Assembly: GCF_009914755.1 (NCBI RefSeq)
Contig: NC_060932.1
Length of the DNA stretch: 64,000 nucleotides
Direction: 5' to 3' (one strand)
From: the human T2T-CHM13v2.0 reference genome, Homo sapiens
A program made the position numbers and the translations under genes. The notes under the pieces are model-generated. The model had not been told where the DNA came from. It did not search any database and saw nothing but the letters and a program-made list of their open reading frames with translations. Below, piece by piece: positions 1 through 11,506 of this stretch. The stretch's first letter is position 1, and every line of letters starts with the position of its first letter.

Positions 1-9
1 ACCTTTTTG

Positions 10-447
10 CTTTACTCAGGTATTCAAAGGATTGGATGAGGCCCACCACAATAGGGAGTGCAATTTCCTTTACTCAATCTACTGATTCAAATGTTCATTT
101 CATCTAAATACTCTCCCACAGGCACACATCACATAAACATATGTGATATGCATGTATATATACATATATATACACATACATATATGCATAAAAAAGAGAT
201 TTATTATACAGAATTTGCTTACATAATTAAGGAGGCTGAAAAATCTGTAGCAGGCAAGCTAGTAATCCAGAGATTTGATGGCATAGTTTCAGTCTGATCC
301 CAAAGGCCTGAAGCAAGACAGCTGACGGTGTAAGTTCCAATCCAAGTATGAAGGAAGAAGAAATCTGATGTCCCAACTAGAGACAGTCAGCTACAGAGAG
401 TGAATTCTTCCTTACTCTACCTTTTTTCTCTATTGAGGCCTTCAAAG
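10..447 (-). mobile_element. MLT2-family (ERVL) LTR, left part; split by the ERV9 insertion
   Basis: MLT2-like GAGATTTATTAT..GGAGGCTGA and GATTGGATGAGGCCCACC..TTTACTCA..CTACTGATTCAAATGTT; internal TA/CA tract; continues at 3753. Confidence 0.75.
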
Positions 448-1372
448 TGTGTCCAGAGTTGGTTCCTTCCGGTGGGTTCTTGGTCTCGCTGACTTCAAGA
501 ATGAAGTCGCGGACCTTCGTGGTGAATGTTACAGCTCTTAAAGATGGTGTGTCTGGAGTTTGTTCCTTCAGATGTGTCCGGAGTTTCTTCCTTCCAGTGG
601 ATTTGTGGTCTCGCTGACTTCAAGAATGAAGCTGCAGACCTTCACGGCAAGTGTTACAGCTCTTAAAGGTGGTGTGGGACCCAAAGAGTAAGCAGCAGCA
701 AGATTTATTGTGAAGTGTGAAAGAACAAAGCTTCCACAGTGTGGAAGGGGACCTGAGTGGGTTGCCACTGCTGGCTGGGGTGGCCAGCTTTTATTCCCTT
801 ATCTGTCCCCACCCATGTCCTGCTGATTGGTTCATTTTACAGGTGCTGATTGGTGCATTTACAATCCTTTAGCTAGACACAGAGTGCTGATTGGTGCATT
901 TACAATCCTTTAGCTAGACACAGAGCGCTGATTGGTGCGTTTTTACAGAATGCTGATTGGTGTATTTACAATCCTTTAGCTAGACACAGAGCGCTGATTG
1001 GTGCGTTTTTACAGAATGCTGATTGGTGTATTTACAATCCTTTAGCTAGACACAGAGCGCTGATTGGTGCGTTTTTACAGAGTACTGATTGGTGCATTTA
1101 CAATCCTTTAGCTAGACACAGAGCGCTGATTGGTGCATTTTTACAGAGTCCTGATTGGTGCATTTACAATCCTTTAGCTAGACCCAGAGCACTGATTGGT
1201 GCATTTTTACAGAATGCTGATTGGTGCATTTACAATCCTTTAGCTAGACACAGGGCACTTATTGGTGCATTTTTACAGAGTGCTGACTGGTGTGTTTACA
1301 ATCCTCTAGCTAGACAGAAAAGTTCTCCAAGTCGCCACTTGACACAGGAAGTCCAGCTGGCTTCACCTCTCA
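448..1372 (-). mobile_element. LTR12-family (ERV9) 3' LTR, LTR12F-like
   Basis: Ends TGTGTCC.. and ..GCTTCACCTCTCA (minus strand TGAGAGGTGAAGCCAGCTGG); duplicated U5 unit GGTCTCGCTGACTTCAAGAATGAAG; U3 tandem array; polypurine tract (+ strand ATCCCCCCTCT) immediately inside. Confidence 0.92.
821..1310 (-). promoter_or_regulatory. LTR12 U3 tandem array with 14 CCAAT (NF-Y) boxes
   Basis: 14 ATTGG counted, 41/25-bp units (66-bp period); GATA plus AATAAA-type box at about 788-803 on the minus strand. Confidence 0.8.
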
Positions 1373-2263
1373 ATCCCCCCTCTAAACAGGACACCCCAAC
1401 TGCTGTTGGGAATTGGGTGATGACCACTCTAGCTACTTCCTGCTGGATAAGGGTGAAGAAGGGGCCCTGCAGTTGTAGTGTCCTTCAGAGGGGAACTCTC
1501 TAGGCCAGCCAAAGCGTCAGCGGGTCAGTCCAGGGGTCCTCAGTAGAAGTTGTTAGTTGAGCTCATTTGGGGTTCTGTTTGTAAGACCATCTGTAGCTTG
1601 ATGGCCTCGATCCTGGAGGAAACAAATTTGACAAGGAGGTTAAAAATACAGGGCCCGAAGGCAAGTAATAGCAATATGGCTGTCACGGGACCTAGAAAGG
1701 GGAGAAGCCATGTCGCCCAACTCCAGAGGTTGGTATAAGAGTTTGAAAGGCATTGTCTGATTTCAGAAAACTTTTCCTGTAAATGCTGGGCAACATCTCC
1801 TACTATCCCTGACTGGTTAGTGTAAAAACAACACTCTTCCCCTAAGAAGGTGCAGAGTCCTCCTTTCTCAGCTGTGAGGAGGTCTAGGCCTCAGCAATTT
1901 TGGAAAGTCACTGCTGTCAAAGAGTCTATTTGAGATTGTAGAGTAAGGATAGATTCTGTTATTTCTTGCAAATTGAGAAACCCTTTGAGAGTTTGTGGTA
2001 GTAGGATAATGAAGTAGATAAACCTGCTATTCCAGTTTCTGTAGCAGTAGCCACTCGTAATCCTATAAGTAGGGTTATTAGTTTTATGGCCCTGCACTGA
2101 TGGACTTGAGCTTTGAGGGGCACAGATATGCTCTGCTTTCCACCAGGTTAGAAGTTAGGATAATACATGTTACACTGTTAACTTTTAGCAAACTTTACTT
2201 TTGTTGAAAACTTTGTAAGTTTGGGATTTCAATTATTCTTTGCTATTAATAAGACCCCATTCA

Positions 2264-2569
2264 GGCCAGGCATGGTGGCTCATGCCTGTAATCCCAGAAC
2301 TTTCGGAGACCAAGGTGGGTGGATTGCAAGGTCAGGGGATCGAGACCATCCTGGCTAACACAGTGAAACCCTGTCTCTACTAAAAATACAAAAAATTAGC
2401 CGGGCATGGTGGCAGGCACCTGTAGTCCCAGCTACTCAGGAGGCTGAGGCAGGAGTATGGCGTGAACTCCAGAGGCGGAGGTTGCAGTGATCCGAGATTG
2501 CGCTGCTGCACTCCAGCCTGGGCGATAGAGTGAGACTCTGTCTCAAAATAAATAAATAAATAAATAAAA
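2264..2569 (+). mobile_element. AluY-like element inserted in the ERV9
   Basis: Full dimer, ACCATCCTGGCTAACAC diagnostic, (TAAA)n tail, TSD AATAAGACC[C/T]CATTCA at 2248-2263 and 2570-2585. Confidence 0.95.
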
Positions 2570-2685
2570 AATAAGACCTCATTCAGTCCATATTAACTTA
2601 GAATTGGTATAGATGGCACCTTCCTGATTCTGTAAGTACTTTAAGGTTTGACTGAGTGAAAACAGCTTGCACGTTTGAGCAGACC

Positions 2686-3136
2686 TCACTGGACAGCCTC
2701 ACTGGACCTTTTCCAGCTCCTGCAGTAGCTCATTCACTATCCTGCTTCAGAGACTTCGTCTTACCATTTTCTTTCCCTGAGACATTTCTCTCTCTACTGT
2801 ACCTTTTTGCTTTACTCAGGTATTCAAAGGATTGGATGAGGCCCACCACAATAGGGAGTGCAATTTCCTTTACTCAATCTACTGATTCAAATGTTCATTT
2901 CATCTAAATACTCTCCCACAGGCACACATCACATAAACATATGTGATATGCATGTATATATACATATATATACACATACATATATGCATAAAAAAGAGAT
3001 TTATTATACAGAATTTGCTTACATAATTAAGGAGGCTGAAAAATCTGTAGCAGGCAAGCTAGTAATCCAGAGATTTGATGGCACAGTTTCAGTCTGATCC
3101 CAAAGGCCTGAAGCAAGACAGCTGACGGTGTAAGTT
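2686..3136 (+). repeat. Local duplication of the upstream flank (2801-3136 = 1-336)
   Basis: Base-by-base comparison gives 335/336 identity; only difference is T284 vs C3084. Confidence 0.95.
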
Positions 3137-3752
3137 AGGCAATTTTTCGAACTGCTTCTACAACAGTTCCCTTATCACTTACTGAATACCCATTGTGTCT
3201 TTTTCCGTTACTCGCCTGGGAGGAACCATCTATCCTCCTGTCCTAAAGGGAGTTCCTCCTAGGTTTGGTTGGACCTTAAGATTTAGATCCCCTGTTAGGA
3301 AACCTGCTGGGTTAAGGATTTTTGATAGGCAGGCTATGGGTTGTCAGTGGCCTCAGTGCTTTTGGGCTATGCCCTTGTTTACACTGACAACAAGGTGGTA
3401 TTGGAGTGTTATAGGGTCACAGAGAAGACCTCCAATGATCAATTATAGGTTTTAAATTTACTCTGGCTTTTGAATGATAGGGTACACTTTTTTTTCTTTA
3501 CTACTTCTATCGCTTTCTCTCTCTGTGACTCCTTCTTTGTCTGTCTCTTCCTCTCTTTCCTTCTCTCTCTTTGTCTCTTCCTGTCTCTCTTTGACTTTCT
3601 GTCTCTCTCTTTCTCTCTCTCTCTCTGACTCCCTCTTTGTCTCTGTCACTTCCTCTTTCTCTCTCTCTCACTTTCTGTCTCTTTCTCTCTTTTCTTTCTG
3701 CTGGTCTTTCCTTGCCTCTGCCAGCCACTTATGCTGCAGTTCTCCCCTCTCC

Positions 3753-3928
3753 AAAGGATTGGATAAGGCCCACCACAATGGGGAGGCCAGTCTACTTTAC
3801 TCAGTCTACTGACTCAGATGTTCATCTCATCCAAATACACTCCCACAGCCACATCCAGAATAATGTTTAACCAAATATCTGGGCACACCATGGTTCAGTC
3901 AAGTTAACACAAAAAACTAACTGTCATA
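3753..3928 (-). mobile_element. MLT2 LTR, right part
   Basis: GGATTGGATAAGGCCCACC..CCAAATATCTGGGCAC..GTCAAGTTAACAC; joins 447 across an AAAG duplication. Confidence 0.8.
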
Positions 3929-3949
3929 TCCTTCTAGTCTCAGTGCAGA

Positions 3950-4212
3950 CATTCATTTTTCCAGGAAAATTTCCATGATCCCCAAGTCTGGGTGAGACTG
4001 CACTCTTCTGATCTCGTCTTTTCCAACAATATGTTGTTACCCCAGCATAGCACCTACCGCACTATCTTGTCATTGCCTGCTTACCTTTCACACAGGACTT
4101 TATACCCTAGTCCTGCATTTGTCTTGCTTATTCTTACCTCTGTACTTCCTAACTTAGAAATTACTCTTTGACACTCAGGAGGTGTTCAATAAATGTTTGT
4201 TGAATGCATGAG
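3950..4212 (+). mobile_element. L2 3' end
   Basis: Terminal GGTGTTCAATAAATGTTTGTTGAATG. Confidence 0.6.
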
Positions 4213-4689
4213 ATATTCTATTAACCTTTATCTTGAATCCTCACTAACATTAAAATAATATAATTATTTTAGCTTAATTGCTTATATAAAATCAGCATTT
4301 ACTCCTGGCCAATTATGGTTGAATATATATGTAACAATATTCAACATTCTGGTTTCATTAACTTTCCTCTGGGATTTGTACACTAAAGTTGCTCAATCTG
4401 TGGTTTAGATATTTTATGCTGATTAAAGCTGCAGCTACCTTGTTAGAATTCTCTTTGTTGCTCACCACCAGGGAAAAGGGCATTCAATTTAGCTGTTTCA
4501 AATTAGAAAGTAGCATACGAAAGGAAAAGAAGCTTTGGAATAAAAAGTTTCCTAGGCTAGAAGACTAGTGCTGTTTGCCTTCATTTTGTCTTAATTATTG
4601 ACTTCTGCATATTGAGCATTTAGAAAACTACCTGGCACAAAAGAGATTCTTAAAATTGGTAGGTAAGTGAGCTTACTTTTGATAAGTTA

Positions 4690-5100
4690 CAAAAGTTATT
4701 TTAGTCACAGTGTTCTCATTTAGTAAGTGATGATAATTATCTATTTTACAAAGATTTCTGAGAATTACATCTAAGTTAAACATGCTCAAATTGAGTACAG
4801 TAGGTGAAAAATGGAAGTCTCATATTTCTTATTTTCATAGCATCAGAAGACCTGTGAATATGTTTATAAGCATAAAGTATTTGTTTCATCCTGCTGTCCC
4901 CAATCTTGCACTTTCCCTCCTTTATTTTTAAATAGTTTTTATGGGCCAGGCATCGTGCTAAGTGTCTTAAGTACATAATATTATTTTATTTTAATAAGGT
5001 ATTGTTATCTTCGGTTGATAAATAAAATATTGCCTCATAAAGATTTAATAACTTGCTCAAGCTCACACAGCTATGGAATTGCACACTCTAAACTGGCATC
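4690..5100. mobile_element. Two MIR fragments (+ about 4690-4790; - about 4940-5100)
   Basis: CAGTGTTCTCATTTAGTAA core; GCCAGGCATCGTGCTAAGTG..TAACTTGCTCAAGCTCACACAGCTA. Confidence 0.55.
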
Positions 5101-7193
5101 TGGGTTTATCTCACACAAAAATTTGATCAGCATTCTATTGTTCTATGACCTTTGGATGTGCACAAGCACAGAGTGTATGATGATTAGGGGAGCATGGCAA
5201 GGACAACTTTAGAGCATTTCCACAAGAGTATGAGAAGGTGCTTGCTCCAACTGCTCTTGGATCTTTCTCAGCTATATTGACTGCCTCTCCCACCCACAGT
5301 TGGTCCTTCATGACCAGAGCTGAGCTAGAACAGTGTGGCTGCCATAGAGGAAGTCTTCTCTGGACAGACTTCGAGTTTCCCTGGGCTTCACTGAGAACTG
5401 GCAGTGGGAAGATTATTTGTCTTTCCTTCCACTTTGAAAAGAAGATAAGCAAAGACACAGCTGGCTACATCCAGTTAAAGGGAAAAATGCAAAGCTGAAA
5501 CTTACTTTATACAGTATGTCTACACCCATCCAGGGCCCATGTTCATCTCAATATATAAATTGAGTCTCTATATTAACTTTCACTCCTTTCCATGTTTCCT
5601 CTTCTCATATTTATTTCCACAGTCGCCATTCTTCCATTATATCAAAAGTACCTTTTTTTTGTTATTATTGATCTTTTCTACTTCTCTACCTTCAAGAATC
5701 TTTTTTTCTTCCTTTAATAAAAATGACATGAAATATTTTGATTATAATTTTCTTTCAGTTATCACCCTTTTTTTCTATTTGCTGCAAAACTCTTAGAACA
5801 TATAGCTATCTTAATTTTTTTCCTATTATCTTCCAAGTTCTACAATTTAAATTTTGTTAAAAGAACACTAAAAATGTGTTTGAGTGAGTTAAATAAAAAT
5901 CAATTGAATTACATTTACAATCTTATAAATTAACTGAATGGTAAAAAGTGATTTCATTGTTTTCATCTGATAACTTCATATTCAAAAATGCATATTTTAT
6001 CAACTATGTTGTTGTATTTTACCTGTGAAGAATTAAAGTTTTTCTATGTAATTACTAGGGGCCATCTTTCCATATTGCAAATATGTAGCCAATTTACAAA
6101 TAAGTCTGATTTTCCACTCAGGGATTAATAAATTAGCCCTTATAAGAAATTTATTCAATTATAGTGGGAAGGTATCCTTAATAAAAATGTCAATAATTAA
6201 AAAATTAAATCTGTGAGTATCCAGTTAGTTTGTTCTGATTACCTGTTCTTAATGTGCAAACATATGTAGACACACACGTACACATACACACACATAGATA
6301 TTTTTGCCTACTTTAACCCATATCAAATTTACTAACAGTGTGACTACTGAGATGTGGAAAATTATTCTATTTTAATTAATTTAGTGCTTTGGAAAAATTT
6401 TTAAACACTTGGTTCCGACAAGTGGAAATTAACATTCTAAACACAATGTTTTCAGAGAGTGAAGCAAAGTGTTTGGTTATTTTTTAGCCTCAAGAAACAA
6501 AAACTTATTATTTATTTAAATGCTAATGTTTTGCAGATTCTTTTGGTCTCTCTCTTCTTTGTCTCTTTATCCCTCATTTATGAGTGCTTGCATAATATAT
6601 CCAGTAAGTATATTTTTTGGAAGTATAACTATTTTCAACAGATGCTGTCCTTAATTTTATTGCTTTACATTTACATTAAACCTTAACATGTTTGCCTGAA
6701 TGCTTTGCAGATTAACATCTCTTTGTTTAGTTTTATGATTTTCATTTTAAGCGCCGGAGAAGTCTGTCATTGACAAAACTAAGCTAATGTCAATAATCTT
6801 ATATTTCAGTATTTTTTGTGACTGATATGTTGATAAAATATGCATGCATATAAATTAGATAACGAGGTAGAAATTGAAGCTTCAGTTACAAGAATCACTC
6901 AGTGTACTTTCTATGGTTAAGCATACTACATGAGAAAATTCAAGCCATTATTTCATGTTTTTCACAGTTTATTGCTATTGTAAAAACCCTTTAACATGTT
7001 TATTCCTGTTTCTTCAATTCGTTTAATAAGAAAATTGACCTATTTAAATAATTGAAGGTTAAAATAAAATTCCACTTCAATATTTTTTAACCTAGAATTC
7101 CTAAGCATTTCTAAGTGTTTAGTTAACTTAGTTGTATAAGGGTTAACAGTCAGATATATATCCAGGTCATCTAAGGCTAACAATTGTCAGATG

Positions 7194-7243
7194 GTTGCTA
7201 GGCAACAGATATCAGGTTTGGCTGATGTGTGTTTCTAGGCAAA
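7194..7243. promoter_or_regulatory. Pair of RFX X-box motifs
   Basis: GTTGCTAGGCAAC (7194-7206) and GTTTCTAGGCAAA (7231-7243) in non-repeat sequence. Confidence 0.55.
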
Positions 7244-7751
7244 GCTTATAGTGTGAAGGAAAGAACAAATTACATGATACCTGCATTTTTGTTATGGTTT
7301 TTGAAAATAAAGTTGTATTTGGATTAAAACAAAAGCCTTGACATTTATTATGCATATTGTCTGCCTTCTAAATGTCAGGACTATATCATTTGGTAGTTAA
7401 GTGATAACGAACAATAAATTAAAATGACAGATGACATTTTATTTCTTATGTGGTCCTAGATATGGGCCTTCCATATAATCCTGTTTTTGTATCTTGTCAC
7501 CAAGTTAATTAATTTTCTAAATCGTTGTGACTGAAAAGAAGCCACAGATCAAAATTAACTGAAATATAATTAATTTAAAATATACACACTTCAGTGTTAC
7601 TGAGGATTAGAAATGAAAATTGCACATTACAATGACTGGCACAACATGAAAAAATGTAATCAGTGATAGAAATGATGCTGAGAGACCGCATTTTAGAAAT
7701 CTAGGGTGAAACTCTTTAATTTTTTTCAAACCATTTAAAAAATACCATTAT

Positions 7752-8160
7752 TACTTTACAAGACAAAATTACCACAAATTCAGTTTAACAGTCTTAATTT
7801 ATTTTTATTCATGCCTCTAGAATCTGGCAGCCCTCAGAACCAGAACAGGTTCAAAGAACTCCAGTCTGCCATGTGATCAGACAGCATTTATGGACAGAAC
7901 ACAGAAAACAGAAGTGACATACCAAGACAGCTCAGTTGGTTACAGCAGCCTTTGTCTTATTTGAGCAGGTTTGAACAATTGGCAGCTTGCAATTGACTAA
8001 AGCTCGGCTGCTATGATTGGCTGAGATTCAGCTATTTGTTACAAAATTGCACTCCTAGGTTAGGCTTTTAGTTAGCTTATGTACTAAGTTCCAGCCCAGT
8101 TGTTTAAGGAAGAACACACGTTTGGAGACATCCTCAGGCCAAATTTAGTTGAATTTAACA
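7752..8160 (-). mobile_element. ERV1 solo LTR, MER4 group (MER93/MER57-like)
   Basis: Minus strand starts TGTTAAATTCAACTAAATTTGGCCTGAGGATG; CCAAT boxes. Confidence 0.65.
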
Positions 8161-8809
8161 TTATATATTACTAGATTAACTTTTATTTTCTATCGTATAT
8201 AATACTGGAGCATTAATATGATAAGAAGCATAAAGCATAAGAAGCATTCTAGCAGAATGCCCATCCAATAGTTATAAACTTGGATAACGTTAATTCTTTT
8301 CTCTCTTTTTCATAATTCCTAATGATTTATTACATAGAAAGTAGGTGAGAATTTTGGTTTTGGTCAAAGATTGTGCAAGGCATATGAACCCGAAAAAGAA
8401 CGCCAAGGTTATTATTAAATGGCTAGAAAACAAAATCATCACTTGATCATTAGCTTTCAAAGACAATATTGGTTTTTAAAGCTAAAATTTCAGAGTTCTG
8501 ATTTTTATTCCCCAAATGAGCAGTTGTGGCAAAATTCATAAAAAATTTACTTTTCCTAAGTTTAGTTTTTCATAGGGAATACTGAATTTAAAATTTAGCA
8601 ATTCCCATATTTTATTTAATGTAAATGAATGCAGTCTTTCACAGATTAAGAGACTTCCCAGTAAATATTTAGTATTTAGGGTTAGGACAAAAACATAGAA
8701 GACATATATTTATATTTAACATTTTTACAGAAAGGGATTTGGTCAAACTTCTCTCTGTAATTATGATCCTGGTACTTCTCTCTGATTTCTGTTATTAGAC
8801 GATATGACC

Positions 8810-9312
8810 TGTAAAGAGACAAAATTACAACAATTTATTTTAAAGATCTTAATTGGTTTTATTTGCGATTCTAAAATTGGGCAGCATTTCATTCTATAAA
8901 ATAGAATAAATGTTCCAATGAGCCATGCAGAGGAGCTTGTTTTGTAAAGAGAAGGGCTGAAGAAAGCAAAAACAAAAACAAAAAAGACAGATTGATTGTT
9001 TCAAAGTTCCCTTTTTAGGTGGGAACAGGAAATCAAGAAAATAGGGAAATGACTGATTGATTAATATCAGGTTACCTTTCTTGGTAAAGATTAAAGCAAA
9101 GGAAACTTCACTATCATGCTAACTGAAATTGGCCTGTTTGGCAAATTAGATGTCATCTCTCTCTCTTGATTTCTTGTGTCAGATCATTTCGTTTCTTTTT
9201 GGTGACTTGGAACTTCAGTATGAGTGACTCCATTTTGGTTTTAGTCTTCTCTGTTGGGGCCTAGTGCAGGAGCTTAGTCCAAAACAATGGCTCCTATAGT
9301 TTTTATTTAGCA
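8810..9312 (-). mobile_element. ERV1 solo LTR, MER31/MER67-like
   Basis: Minus strand ..GGAGCCATTGTTTTGGACTAAGCTCCTGCACTAGGCCCCAACAG. Confidence 0.7.
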
Positions 9313-10944
9313 AATCTAAGATAACTCAACTGAAATAAAATATGCAAGGAAGATGGGTTAGATAGGGGTATAGAGTGACAATGATTTATCAAGACAACCA
9401 AAAAATAATACCACGTTTTCTTTTTTCTAATTCAAACCAAACTTTCTGTCACACAGCCTGAATTCCTGATTCACTTCACAGAGCAGGTATTTGCTGTTAG
9501 TATAGACTTAAAATATTGACACTAGGATTTATTTTATCTTTTGGAAAAATCATCCAAGCAATGTTACTTATATTCTTCATGTATTCAGTAAGCATGCCAG
9601 ACCCCACATGAATTTATCGGTGATAACATATTACTAACATAACTGGTTATATCTAATATGAAGAGCAATTTTGCTTATGCTTATTATGTCTCCTCTATAC
9701 AAATACAGCAGCTTTTAAAATATGTGACATTCTTCAAGAGCAAACTTTCTGCCTAACACTTTCTAAAATAAAATAAAAAAAATACTCAAATAGATATTGT
9801 TACCAAACCTAGAAATGTTTCAACATGTTATAAAATAAGCACATTTAGAAAATCAGGGCTATTACAAATTGAAGACTAGATTGCTGAAAAGGTAATGCTG
9901 CTTTCAAAATTATATCTTTTAAAACTATTATGCTCAATTTTCTTTTTCTCTTTGACATGCAGTGGCAGAGGCATGTTTGGATGAAAACAGTTTTATTTAA
10001 AATATAAGAAAAGAAACTTTAAAGAATGAATATAGATGCTTGATGCTGTAATATAAATATCTGAGGCTATTTTGGAATTAACTGTGGTTAATATACCTTT
10101 GTTCATTTCTTCTTGAGGTCTTCCATATTTAAGGTCATAAGAAATCAGTGGAATAAGATATATAGAAGATAATCAAATTGTATAAACCCCACCCCTTCCC
10201 CATTAATTTAGTGCTAACTATAGTTATCTGTATTTTAATAATGGGACTTTTATTAGTATTAGAAATGTTTTTTTGTCTTACAGCATCCATTGTGTTGTTA
10301 AATCTCTAATTGCTTTCTTTTTCCCATCTCATTTCTTTAATAGAACATCCATGAAATTTTGTACAGATAATATAGGAAATAATGATAGACTCTTTAGTCC
10401 TGAACTGAGGTAGAGTAAAATAGTAGATTTTTGTTAAGTCAATCAAATCATGATATTCATTGCAATTGTTTCATAACATATTTTGATGGAACCATAATAG
10501 GATCTTCCTTTAAAGCCATACTTTACTTTCAATCTACTAGGGACACAATCTGCTATAAGCTGACAGCATATCTATATTGGAGAGCAAACAATTCAACTTA
10601 TACCAAAGAGATCCCAGATTTCCAAATTTGTGTGTGAATCCTGGCATTACAAAGAAAGATTGGTTTAAACAGATGCCTGCCCAACTATAAATAGAAGAAC
10701 AGAAAAAAATGATTGAGAAGAAAAAAATTAAGAAAACATTATCATGTCACTAATTTGTCTTATATTATAGTTGAGGTTGGTTTGATTGCATAATTACAGG
10801 AGGTAAGCATGAAATATGATCATGTGCTTTATGTTAGAAAAGCTTTTGTCAGGAGACTGAGCCAGGAGTCTCAGGAGCCTTACTATACTTGGAAAAGCAT
10901 CTTCATCTAGGGATTGGAGAAGGAAATAGAATAGAGAAGAAGAA

Positions 10945-11175
10945 GGAACCAACATTTATTAAGTGCCTGTCACTTGATAGATTCTATACAGAACATGTGT
11001 TCTCCCATTTGATATGTATAACCCGTTAAAGTAGGGAGTGTCATCTCCAACAGATAGATGAGGAAAGGAAAAAAGAAAACTTTGAAGAGTAATATAAGTT
11101 GCAAAAAGTCTTAAGCTTGTAGCCGACAGAGAAAGGATTGGAACTCAGCCATGTCTGTCTGCCAGGCCTGAGTTT
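10945..11175 (-). mobile_element. MIR
   Basis: AACATTTATTAAGTGCCT..CAGATAGATGAGGAAA..GGATTGGAACTCAG. Confidence 0.6.
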
Positions 11176-11506
11176 GTAGTGGTTGCTGAACCTGATGTTG
11201 GCAAAGAAAGCAGCACATGTAGCAGAGGACCCATTATTATGTTTGTCACTTTATGGCTTCATGATAAGTGCTAGAGAAAGGAACCCTTGGTAATGCAGGC
11301 CCAAATTTAGAAAATATTATTTATTGAAGATTATGTTTTGACATATTATTTAATGGAAGTTAAGCCTCAGCTGACTTTATTTCCTAAACCTTGTGTAACA
11401 CAAATGCTTCTGAAACAGTTATTCAGAAACCATCTGAGGATGTTAATTTTACTAAGAGACACATGCTGGTGTTAAGAAAGCATACAAGTGGTGAACATCA
11501 CTTTAA

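Larger units (their letters stand above)
1373..3752 (-). mobile_element. ERV9 internal remnant: env TM, large deletion, pre-gag leader with RNase H-like segment and AG-rich tract; no 5' LTR
   Basis: Minus ORF ..LQEITESILTLQSQIDSLTAVTFQN (env TM); minus translation DGSS..HNGYSV and WSAQTCKLFSLSQTLKYLQNQEGAIYTNSK; CT-rich tract 3487-3700. Confidence 0.85.

Noticed and set aside
821-1310. Regular repeat array superficially like CRISPR
   Set aside because: Eukaryotic LTR12 U3 tandem repeats with no unique spacers
3458-3870. Glu/Arg- and Ser/Leu-rich ORFs
   Set aside because: Translations of the ERV9 AG-rich tract
5135-5498. Overlapping 107- and 86-aa ORFs in a more GC-rich patch
   Set aside because: No recognisable domain or splice context; possibly an ancient repeat
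6752-6787. AG followed by RRRSLSLTKLS-stop as a terminal exon
   Set aside because: Too short, weak acceptor, no supporting upstream exons
7760-8870. Similar sequence at the left ends of two neighbouring LTRs
   Set aside because: Shared U5 ancestry among MER4-group LTRs rather than local duplication
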